From a virus (Duplodnaviria > Caudoviricetes), in the IMG/VR virus record IMGVR_UViG_3300032240_001400, positions 1-57,084 of that record: a stretch of 57,084 nt of DNA. The stretch is one strand, 5' to 3'. A program made the translations under genes and the position numbers. This document shows positions 27,624-35,571 of this stretch, one piece after another. Below the pieces are notes generated by a model. That model was not told where the DNA came from. It saw only the letters and a list, made by a program, of their open reading frames with translations, and did not search any database. Within the stretch, counting starts at the first letter, position 1. Each line of letters begins with the position of its first letter.

Positions 27624-28900
27624 AAGATAAATTAAGAGACGAAATAATTCAAGACTTCATAGAATTCTGTAAAGACAATTTAGGAATAGACACTCTTCCT
27701 GATATAAACTTTATAGAAGATAAAGCTTGGGTACTTGAAAGACACAGTTTTGGAGAGTACGATCCTAATAAAAAGTCTTTAGACGTTTATATTGGGAATA
27801 GAAATCTTGCTGATATATTAAGAACATTAGGTCATGAACTTGTTCATCACAAACAAAATGAGTTAGGTAGACTTAAAGTTAATTCTGGAAAGACAGGATC
27901 TAATATTGAAAATGAAGCTAATGCTAAAGCTGGAATATTAATGAGAGCTTATGGTAATGTAAATGAGTTGATATATGAAGCATTTACGCCAACTCTAACT
28001 CAGATATATGAAGCTGAGAATTCAAATGGACTTCAAATTTATTGTGACATGGATGGAGTTCTTTGTGACTTTGATTCAAGATTTGAACATTTTTATGGAG
28101 TACTTCCAAGAGAGTATTATGGAGAGAAAGGTTCAAAAGCATTTGAAGAGGCTGTAAATAAAGCTGGTATTGACTTCTGGTCCAAAATGAATTGGATGCC
28201 TGGAGGTCAAGAACTCTGGTCTATTATAGGTAAATATAAACCATATATTCTAACCAGTCCTAGCAAGTTTGAATTTGCAAAGGAAGGCAAGAAACAGTGG
28301 ATTCAAAAGCACCTTAATCCTCAGCCTAAAAAGATTTTATTTGCTCAGACTGGAGATAAACATTCTATGATGACTGCTGATCCAAAAAATTCTATGTTAA
28401 TAGATGACTATTGGCCAAACCTCGCTCCATGGAAAGCATTAGGTGGTATAGCGATAATGCATAAAGATATAGATAAAACTAAAGATATATTAAGTAAATT
28501 CAGAATAAATGAGATTAGTTATCCTTCTTCAAAACATGACGTTATTCGTGATGAGGAGGATAATAGTCTGATAACTGTTGAGTATACTTTTAAAACAAAA
28601 GAAAATAAGTATAGAGTTGAAATATCTTCAATGGAAAAGGCTGGAGATTTTGAAGTGTCATTTGGTTTAGATACAAGAGGTTTTCATAAAATAGATACAT
28701 TTCAAATGACTGGTGAAGGAGATGCTAAAAACATTCTTGAGACAGTATCTAATATAATTAATAAGTTTTATTACGATTATAAAAAAGACATAAATAAGAT
28801 TATAATTAAAGGAACATCTGAAAAAAGAAGTAGGGTGTATAAACAACTTCTACCTAAGTATATAGATCCAGAAGTATTAAAAAAGATTGAAATAGAATAA
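27620..28900 (+). CDS. three-domain protein: HExxH metallopeptidase-like, HAD 5'(3')-deoxyribonucleotidase-like, unknown C-terminal domain
   Basis: LRTLGHELVHHKQ; YCDMDGVLCDF...ILTS...K...LIDD; third domain after RINE. Confidence 0.8.
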   Translation: MKDKLRDEIIQDFIEFCKDNLGIDTLPDINFIEDKAWVLERHSFGEYDPNKKSLDVYIGNRNLADILRTLGHELVHHKQNELGRLKVNSGKTGSNIENEANAKAGILMRAYGNVNELIYEAFTPTLTQIYEAENSNGLQIYCDMDGVLCDFDSRFEHFYGVLPREYYGEKGSKAFEEAVNKAGIDFWSKMNWMPGGQELWSIIGKYKPYILTSPSKFEFAKEGKKQWIQKHLNPQPKKILFAQTGDKHSMMTADPKNSMLIDDYWPNLAPWKALGGIAIMHKDIDKTKDILSKFRINEISYPSSKHDVIRDEEDNSLITVEYTFKTKENKYRVEISSMEKAGDFEVSFGLDTRGFHKIDTFQMTGEGDAKNILETVSNIINKFYYDYKKDINKIIIKGTSEKRSRVYKQLLPKYIDPEVLKKIEIE

Positions 28901-28904
28901 TGTT

Positions 28905-29483
28905 ATGATACCTAAAGAGTCTACGTTAAAAAAAGAATTCAAGAAAAGTGATGTACAAAGAATGAGAAACCTTATTACCGGTAAATCTGGTGATAAGACT
29001 CAAGTTTTAGGAGGATACGAAAAAACGCAAGAAGTACATAAAGAAGGAGACACCTGGGAAGAGGATGGAAAAAAATGGACCATTAGAAATGGGATAAAGC
29101 AGTCTATTACAAAGTTAGATAAGTTCAAAAAGATCCTTCATTTTCCTTTATGCTGTCCTAAATGTACAAAGCCTATGAAGGCTAATGAAGTGAATAAGAA
29201 GATCTACTCTATTCATGGAATGTGTCTTGACTGCTCTATAGAAATGGAAAGTAAACTTAAGCTAGAAGGGAAGTATGAGGAATATGAAAGAAATATCATA
29301 AATAATAATAAGAACGCTAGCCTTGAAGAGTTTGAAAGGGCTCTTGAATCTTGGTTGGTTGAAAAAGATACCTTCGTATCTGAAGATGGCGATATAGAAA
29401 ACTGGTCTGGTGGAGACAAGACTAAGATCTATGAAGAATTAAAAAGTAAGATAGAGGAACTAAAGAATACAGATATTTATTAG
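28905..29483 (+). CDS. zinc-ribbon hypothetical protein
   Basis: CPKC...CLDC. Confidence 0.75.
   Translation: MIPKESTLKKEFKKSDVQRMRNLITGKSGDKTQVLGGYEKTQEVHKEGDTWEEDGKKWTIRNGIKQSITKLDKFKKILHFPLCCPKCTKPMKANEVNKKIYSIHGMCLDCSIEMESKLKLEGKYEEYERNIINNNKNASLEEFERALESWLVEKDTFVSEDGDIENWSGGDKTKIYEELKSKIEELKNTDIY
29473..29480 (+). promoter_or_regulatory. putative late promoter ATATTTAT
   Basis: Upstream of the ATG at 29498. Confidence 0.6.
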
Positions 29484-29497
29484 TAAATTTATATAGT

Positions 29498-30367
29498 ATG
29501 CCAGCAAAATCAGAAAAAGAAGCAGTTGCCGCCAGAATTGCAGGAGCCATAAAAAAAGGACTCCAAAAACCAAAACCTGGTACTGCATCAGCTCAAATGG
29601 CAAAAATGCCTATGAAAACCTTAAAAAAATTCCAACACGTAAAAGGAGAAAAGAAGGTAAAAAAAGAAGCTATCGATGGAGCAATTGATACTCTATATAT
29701 GGTTAAAAAGCCGTATGCAGGATGTACTCTTACTTCATTAGTTGAACCAATTGATCCTTTGGTAGGTTTAGAAGGAAGTAAAATAGTTCCAGATCAAGTA
29801 CATGGAGTATTCCCAGATCAAGATATGGCAACTCAAGTAGCTGCTGGACTTTATGAAGAATATTGTGCTAAAGAAGAAATGTTAGAAGAGAAGAAAGGAA
29901 AGGTTGGAGATAGGATTAAAAAGACTATCGACCATCTAGAAAAGAAGAGAAAGGAGCATATTGATATGGCTAAAGAGGATCCTAAAAACGCTTATCAACA
30001 TAAAGAACGTATTGTTAAAATAGCCCATCAGATTGATGATCTTATGTCTAAATTAGAAAAGATAGAAAAGTCTAAGAAAGAAATTAAGAAAGACGAAAAA
30101 AAGAATCTTAAAGAAGCTTTCGAAGTTCACTTTTCAGATGGAGTGAGACAAGCTAAAAAGTTTAAAGATCCAAAATCAGCGCTTAATTTTGCTAAGCAAT
30201 TAATAAGCACAAATAAAAATCTACAAAATGTAGATGTTTTTAAAGCTGGACCAAATTTTCATTCAACTGCAGATACTGATTCAGTAATTGCTTGGTGGGG
30301 AGACGGTTCATACATGGATAATAAATCAAAAAAAGATGCTAAATTAGCAGCTAAAAAAATAAAATAA
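29498..30367 (+). CDS. modular Lys-rich protein, candidate internal head protein
   Basis: Segments separated by KKEA, MLEE and LKEA. Confidence 0.7.
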   Translation: MPAKSEKEAVAARIAGAIKKGLQKPKPGTASAQMAKMPMKTLKKFQHVKGEKKVKKEAIDGAIDTLYMVKKPYAGCTLTSLVEPIDPLVGLEGSKIVPDQVHGVFPDQDMATQVAAGLYEEYCAKEEMLEEKKGKVGDRIKKTIDHLEKKRKEHIDMAKEDPKNAYQHKERIVKIAHQIDDLMSKLEKIEKSKKEIKKDEKKNLKEAFEVHFSDGVRQAKKFKDPKSALNFAKQLISTNKNLQNVDVFKAGPNFHSTADTDSVIAWWGDGSYMDNKSKKDAKLAAKKIK

Positions 30368-30729
30368 TGGAACCATACGCACTATTTATTGGAACTTTAT
30401 TTCAATCTAGAAATCAAGCTCATATTTATCACTTGCAAACTAATTCTTTCGCAGTTCATAAAGCTCTACAAGAGTATTATGAAGAGATCGTTGAATTAGT
30501 TGATGGTCTAGTTGAATCATATCAAGGCAGGTATGGCATTCTTCGTGGATATAAAATGGAAAATGCTATTAAAGAAGACGATAATCCTGTAATGTACTTT
30601 GATGCGCTATCTAAATTTGTAGAGGTAATAAGAACAAAAGTTCCTCAAGATTCATATATCCAGAATGAGATTGACAATGTAGTTGGTCTTATTGAATCAA
30701 CAAAATATAAGCTTAAATTTTTACATTAA
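30367..30729 (+). CDS. ferritin/Dps-like protein (DUF5856-like)
   Basis: HIYHLQT...HKALQEYYE...DGLVESYQG. Confidence 0.8.
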   Translation: MEPYALFIGTLFQSRNQAHIYHLQTNSFAVHKALQEYYEEIVELVDGLVESYQGRYGILRGYKMENAIKEDDNPVMYFDALSKFVEVIRTKVPQDSYIQNEIDNVVGLIESTKYKLKFLH

Positions 30730-31058
30730 TGTACGAATTAAACGAAGGTGAATTTTGTCCTCAATGCCTAGCAGACTATATAAAAGAATGCTGGGACAAA
30801 CCTTTAGAGGAAGCTGAATATCACGGAAGAAAAGTAACTCTAGGTAAACCTTTCTTAACTCCAGATGGTCCTAAAAAGAGATCTGTATATGTTAAGAACG
30901 CTAAAGGAAACGTGGTTAAAGTAAACTTTGGACAAAAAGGAGTAGCAATAAAAAAACGTTTTCCTAATCATAGAAAGAGTTACAGGGCTAGACATCATTG
31001 TGACACTAATCCTGGACCTAAATGGAAAGCAAACTATTGGAGTTGTAGAGCATGGTAA
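30729..31058 (+). CDS. basic viral protein (DUF5754/DUF6321-like)
   Basis: VKVNFG...RKSYRARHHC...ANYWSC. Confidence 0.65.
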   Translation: MYELNEGEFCPQCLADYIKECWDKPLEEAEYHGRKVTLGKPFLTPDGPKKRSVYVKNAKGNVVKVNFGQKGVAIKKRFPNHRKSYRARHHCDTNPGPKWKANYWSCRAW

Positions 31059-31687
31059 AAGATAAAGAAATAGTGTGTAAGAATTGTGGATGGCATTGGA
31101 AGTTATCTGATGGAGGAAAAGATCCATATACTTGTCATAAATGCGGATATAATAATAAAGAAATGATAAAGCTTAAAGACATATTAAAAGAATTGGCTAA
31201 ATCTGATATTCATTACCAGAATATACTTCAATCTTTTAATGACGGAGATGCTAATACTAGAGATGAAATATCTAAACTAGTTTCTGGAAAGCCATATACT
31301 TTAGAAGATGATTTAGAAAGTATGGGTTATGAAGATGCCAAAGAAATAGAAATGGAGTTAGATCTTAATCCTTTAGAAGAATCATGCTGGGATGGATATC
31401 AACAGAAAGGTATGAAAAAGAAAGGGAATAAGATGGTTCCTAATTGTGTTAGAGTAAGTGAAGCAAAAAAGAAAAGTAAAATAAATCCTGCTTATCTTAC
31501 AAAAGATGCAGCGGCAATGAAGAAAGAGATCAATAGAGTTAAAAAGTTAAAATCTGATGATCCTTCTGCATACGGTAAATGGGAAGCGGATTATGCTGAC
31601 AAAGATAAGACTAAGAAATATAAGACAAAGAAAAGCGCAGCAACATCAGCATACGAAAAAAGATTCGGAAAGAAAGATGATAAATAA
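31052..31687 (+). CDS. modular protein: zinc ribbon, acidic segment, CWxGY...VPNC motif, basic tail
   Basis: CKNC...CHKC; internal MIKLKDILKE; LEES and VSEA boundaries. Confidence 0.7.
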   Translation: MVKDKEIVCKNCGWHWKLSDGGKDPYTCHKCGYNNKEMIKLKDILKELAKSDIHYQNILQSFNDGDANTRDEISKLVSGKPYTLEDDLESMGYEDAKEIEMELDLNPLEESCWDGYQQKGMKKKGNKMVPNCVRVSEAKKKSKINPAYLTKDAAAMKKEINRVKKLKSDDPSAYGKWEADYADKDKTKKYKTKKSAATSAYEKRFGKKDDK

Positions 31688-31964
31688 ATTAGACATATTA
31701 AAAAAAATACTTATTCTTGAGTACGATGCTGAAGTAGAAAAAGCGTTAGCAAATAAAGCTAAGTCTACTGGAATATCTAAGTCAATACTCAAAAGTGTTT
31801 ATGCTAAAGGATTAGCTGCTTGGAAAACAGGTCACCGTCCTGGAGTTGGTCAACACCAATGGGGAATGGGTAGAGTTAATTCATTTGTTACTGGTAAAGG
31901 TGGAGCTAGAAAAGTAGATAAAAAGTTGTGGAAGAGAGCAAGTAAATCTAAAAAGAAAAAATAA
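31677..31964 (+). CDS. DUF5824-like basic protein (start moved to 31677)
   Basis: GISKSILKSVYAKGLAAWKTGHRPG...QWGMGRVNSF. Confidence 0.7.
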   Translation: MINKLDILKKILILEYDAEVEKALANKAKSTGISKSILKSVYAKGLAAWKTGHRPGVGQHQWGMGRVNSFVTGKGGARKVDKKLWKRASKSKKKK

Positions 31965-31965
31965 A

Positions 31966-32613
31966 ATGAATAAATTATCGTTCTTTAAAGCGCTTCTTGA
32001 AATGGATGAAGCTTCATTTACTAAGAAGTATAATGATAATCCTAAATTAAAAGGTGGACAAAAAAATCTTCCTGACGAACTTCAAGCGCAAATAGTTAAA
32101 GAAGAAGGTCAAGATCACGAAGTTTCTATGGCACAAAGTAGTCTTAAATCTATTGTAAGTGCTGCTAGTAAATTAATGGCTTTGATAGGTCAAGATGAAA
32201 AAGATATTCCAGCCTGGATTCAAGATCATATTACAAATGCTGCTAACTATATAAACCAAGCTGCTGATAACTATCACGAATATAATGAAGGTCAAGGTGA
32301 ACATGATATGGATGAACTTCCTAATGGAACAATTGAACAACCAGCAGGTGATGAAGAAGATGTAGTAATGTCTCTTAGATCAATGATGGAAGATCTTTTT
32401 GAAGCTAAAAAGAAAAAGCCTTCTGCTGGACTTACTAAAAAACAAAAATCTGCTATAGTTAAAAAAGCTAAAGCTGGTAAAGATGTTGGTAAGAAAGGAA
32501 AAGGATTCGAGAAAGTAGCCGCTAAAGCTGCAAAAGAATACGGTTCAAAAGAAAGAGGTCAAAAAGTAGCGGCAGCAGCAATGTGGAAAGCCGCAGCAAA
32601 AAAAGCAAAATAA
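31966..32613 (+). CDS. modular acidic/basic protein, candidate internal head protein
   Basis: ALLE leader; EVSMAQSSL...PAWIQDHIT module; Lys/Ala-rich tail after LFEA. Confidence 0.7.
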   Translation: MNKLSFFKALLEMDEASFTKKYNDNPKLKGGQKNLPDELQAQIVKEEGQDHEVSMAQSSLKSIVSAASKLMALIGQDEKDIPAWIQDHITNAANYINQAADNYHEYNEGQGEHDMDELPNGTIEQPAGDEEDVVMSLRSMMEDLFEAKKKKPSAGLTKKQKSAIVKKAKAGKDVGKKGKGFEKVAAKAAKEYGSKERGQKVAAAAMWKAAAKKAK

Positions 32614-32616
32614 ATA

Positions 32617-34221
32617 ATGCCAGTGAGTAATCATGACATATTAAAGAATATACTCTTACAAGAGTTAGATAGGATGGAGCCTGAAACTTCTACTTTTGAA
32701 GATGATCCTATGCAATTTATATTGACAAAGTATGAGGGTCTTAGAAGTACTCTTGAGTATCTAATGACTCCATCATTTATTGAATATACAACTGGAATAT
32801 ATGTAGTAGCACCTAAACCAACTACATTTAAAGTTGTACTTCATAATGGACAATTCTTTTTCTTGCAATTCATGGGCAAAGCTTATGAAGCAACTGTTCA
32901 AGGAAAGAAATACTATTTGATGTCAATAGGTGAAAAAGAAAGGTGCATGGTTGCTATATCTAGGCTTCTTAGGTTTGGTAATCCTTTAAAAACCCAAGGT
33001 CCTGAAGGAGCTGAACAAGGAACAAGAGATCAAGAAGGTCCAGCAGAAGAAGCCGGACCAACACCAGAATCTGAAGGAGGTGCTGGAGGAACAGAGGAGT
33101 TAAAAGAGTCTAAGATATTAGAAAGTATTTTAAAAGCTAGTTTGTATGAAGCTCCTTTATCAAAATCAGCAATTCATAAAGAATTGGTTAGTAGATTAAT
33201 TTATTTACACCCTGATAAATTTGAAGCTCAAAGTGATCCTGGAAGGATAGCTAATAAAACTAAAATGGATGCTAAAGAATTTGAATCTATATTAAAAAAA
33301 GATTTAAAAGCAAAAAATATAAAGGTCATACCTCCAAAAACTCTTCCAAATCTGAGTTCTAAATTTAATATGTTCCAATTTGATAGCACAATGGGACCTG
33401 CATCTATAGTATTAAGTGGAGGAGCAGGAGCAAATCAAGGAAGCAAATTTGAAAAAGATTTAGTTGGCAGAATAAAAGCAGTCGCTGGATTAGATAAGAG
33501 TGAAATTAAAGATAAAGTTGTATTGAAAATATTAGATGCTTTAAATATAGATCCTAAAGATTTAAAGGAAGAAGATGTAATTGCAGCTGGTGAAACTGAT
33601 ACAAAAAGACCATTAAGTTTTAAAGGCCCACAAAATAGAGGAGAAAAAATATCTGATATAATTATAAATTATAATGGAAAACCTTATTATTTATCAATAA
33701 AAAATGTCAGTGGATCTGGTATATATAATGGTGGGATTGTTCCAGGAATAACGTATAATAAAGATAAAACAAAAATAGTATTTAACGAAGATCTTTTTAT
33801 TTCAAATGAAACTATTAAAAAAATATTTGAAATATTTGGAGCAGATCCTAAAAAAGTAGTTCGAGGATTAAATAACTATATTAATCAAACAGGAAGCGAC
33901 ACTAAATTTGAAGCAACAGACGGAAATTTATCTAAAATAAGTAAGTTACTAGGATCTGCTATAGATTATGGATATTATTATATAAGAGAAACTACTGGAG
34001 GAGACGTAAAAATATATAATATAGATTCTCCTGAAAAAGTTATGGAACTTTTAGGTACTCCAACTGGAACTTTCGTTAAATACCCAAGTAAATCTACAAA
34101 AATTACTACTTTTAGAGTTCCATTAGAAAATTCTCAACTAGGCTTAAAAAGAACGGATGTTAGTGTAAGAAATGCAACTGGAGGAATAGATAAACCTGTA
34201 TTAAAAATTAATTTGTTTTAA
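32617..34221 (+). CDS. two-part protein with a C-terminal PD-(D/E)XK restriction-like nuclease domain
   Basis: E/G/P-rich linker; LKES/ILES/LYEA; NQGSKFE...KISDIII...YLSIK. Confidence 0.6.
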   Translation: MPVSNHDILKNILLQELDRMEPETSTFEDDPMQFILTKYEGLRSTLEYLMTPSFIEYTTGIYVVAPKPTTFKVVLHNGQFFFLQFMGKAYEATVQGKKYYLMSIGEKERCMVAISRLLRFGNPLKTQGPEGAEQGTRDQEGPAEEAGPTPESEGGAGGTEELKESKILESILKASLYEAPLSKSAIHKELVSRLIYLHPDKFEAQSDPGRIANKTKMDAKEFESILKKDLKAKNIKVIPPKTLPNLSSKFNMFQFDSTMGPASIVLSGGAGANQGSKFEKDLVGRIKAVAGLDKSEIKDKVVLKILDALNIDPKDLKEEDVIAAGETDTKRPLSFKGPQNRGEKISDIIINYNGKPYYLSIKNVSGSGIYNGGIVPGITYNKDKTKIVFNEDLFISNETIKKIFEIFGADPKKVVRGLNNYINQTGSDTKFEATDGNLSKISKLLGSAIDYGYYYIRETTGGDVKIYNIDSPEKVMELLGTPTGTFVKYPSKSTKITTFRVPLENSQLGLKRTDVSVRNATGGIDKPVLKINLF

Positions 34222-34235
34222 AATAAATTTTTTTA

Positions 34236-34259
34236 TATCAATTATTTTTTTTATATTAG
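34236..34259 (+). promoter_or_regulatory. putative early promoter (TATCA-N11-TATATTAG)
   Basis: Matches the bipartite motif. Confidence 0.6.
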
Positions 34260-34274
34260 TACCAAATTAAGTTT

Positions 34275-34523
34275 ATGCCTAAAAAAGATACAGTGTATAG
34301 AACTGTCAAAACAATAGAAGGAATTACTATCCACCTATATGAATATGACAATGGGATATCAAAACCACATTCAGTTACAGGTCCTGCAATCCTATATTCA
34401 AAAGCCCAATCAAAACAAGATGAGTACTACCTTTATGGTGTAAAGTACGAATATGCAAAGTGGCTAGAATTATCAAGACCTTTAAGGAAACCTGAGCCAA
34501 AAGAAGATTTACAAGACGAGTAA
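34275..34523 (+). CDS. small hypothetical protein with an HSxxGPA motif
   Basis: KPHSVTGPAILY...EYYLYG. Confidence 0.65.
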   Translation: MPKKDTVYRTVKTIEGITIHLYEYDNGISKPHSVTGPAILYSKAQSKQDEYYLYGVKYEYAKWLELSRPLRKPEPKEDLQDE

Positions 34524-34531
34524 ATATTTAT
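34524..34531 (+). promoter_or_regulatory. putative late promoter ATATTTAT
   Basis: Upstream of the ATG at 34548. Confidence 0.65.
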
Positions 34532-34547
34532 AAGTAAATGGACCAAT

Positions 34548-34901
34548 ATGTCATTTAACTTACAAAAGTATTTAACCGAGAATAATCTCACTATAATCTC
34601 TAAGATTAGAGAGGATATTAGTGAAGAAGATCAAGAGCCTACAAAAGATGATCTCAAATCTGATGAAAAAAGCTTTAGAGGAATAGATAAAAAGAAAAAA
34701 GAATACGCTTCTCTACAAGCTCAAATGAAAGCAATTTTATCAAAGCATGCAGTAAGAAAACCAGACGGCACCTTAACAGTAAAAGATGTAGCTGGATATA
34801 AATCAGAAGTTGGAAATATTCCAGATAGATTAAAGCTCCTTAAAAAACAAATTGATCAAGTAGAAAACCCAAAATTAGATTCAGATGAAGAAGGTAATTA
34901 G
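34548..34901 (+). CDS. candidate internal head protein
   Basis: MSFNLQKYLTENNL leader. Confidence 0.7.
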   Translation: MSFNLQKYLTENNLTIISKIREDISEEDQEPTKDDLKSDEKSFRGIDKKKKEYASLQAQMKAILSKHAVRKPDGTLTVKDVAGYKSEVGNIPDRLKLLKKQIDQVENPKLDSDEEGN

Positions 34902-35571
34902 TATTATTATTGTCGTATTCGCACTATTAAGTATTTGGTATATGTTTGGTTACAAACCAGCAAAATTTGATACTAAACCTTATGAACAAAAGATTGATTC
35001 TCTTGAGCATAATATAGATTCTATAAAGCTTGTAAATGATACTTTGGAGAGCGATATTCAAGTTTTAGACCAGGATAATGAACATCTTTCTGATAAAGTT
35101 TTTACTTTAAATAATAAAGTTGCTGATCTTAAAGGAGATTTAAAAGATGCTCAAGCTGCTCTTAAATATAAACCTACTCAAGTAGACAGTTTCTTTAAAG
35201 CTAACTATGTAAAAGAGTATCAAATACATTCAAAAGATACAACTCATTTACCTCTAGAAGTTAGTAAAGCCGCTGTTGTAGATATTCAAGAAGGTAAAAT
35301 AAATAAGAATATCGTATTAGCACAAGACTCAGTTATAGCTTATATGGACTCTTCTTTAGTAAATAGAAATGGTGTAATTGCTAAATTGAGAGAGAAAGAA
35401 CATAACTATATCAATATAGATAAGGATAGAGTAAATCAGCTAGATAATTATAAGATTCAAGTTGATGGACTTAAGACTGAAATTAATAAACAAAACCGCA
35501 AACTCAAGTTTGGTCGTATACAAAAAGTAGTTTTGGGAGGTCTAGTATTAGGCCTATTAATAGCCAAGTAA
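34885..35571 (+). CDS. coiled-coil membrane protein, possibly spanin-like
   Basis: Hydrophobic segments at both termini around a coiled coil. Confidence 0.6.
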   Translation: MKKVISIIIVVFALLSIWYMFGYKPAKFDTKPYEQKIDSLEHNIDSIKLVNDTLESDIQVLDQDNEHLSDKVFTLNNKVADLKGDLKDAQAALKYKPTQVDSFFKANYVKEYQIHSKDTTHLPLEVSKAAVVDIQEGKINKNIVLAQDSVIAYMDSSLVNRNGVIAKLREKEHNYINIDKDRVNQLDNYKIQVDGLKTEINKQNRKLKFGRIQKVVLGGLVLGLLIAK

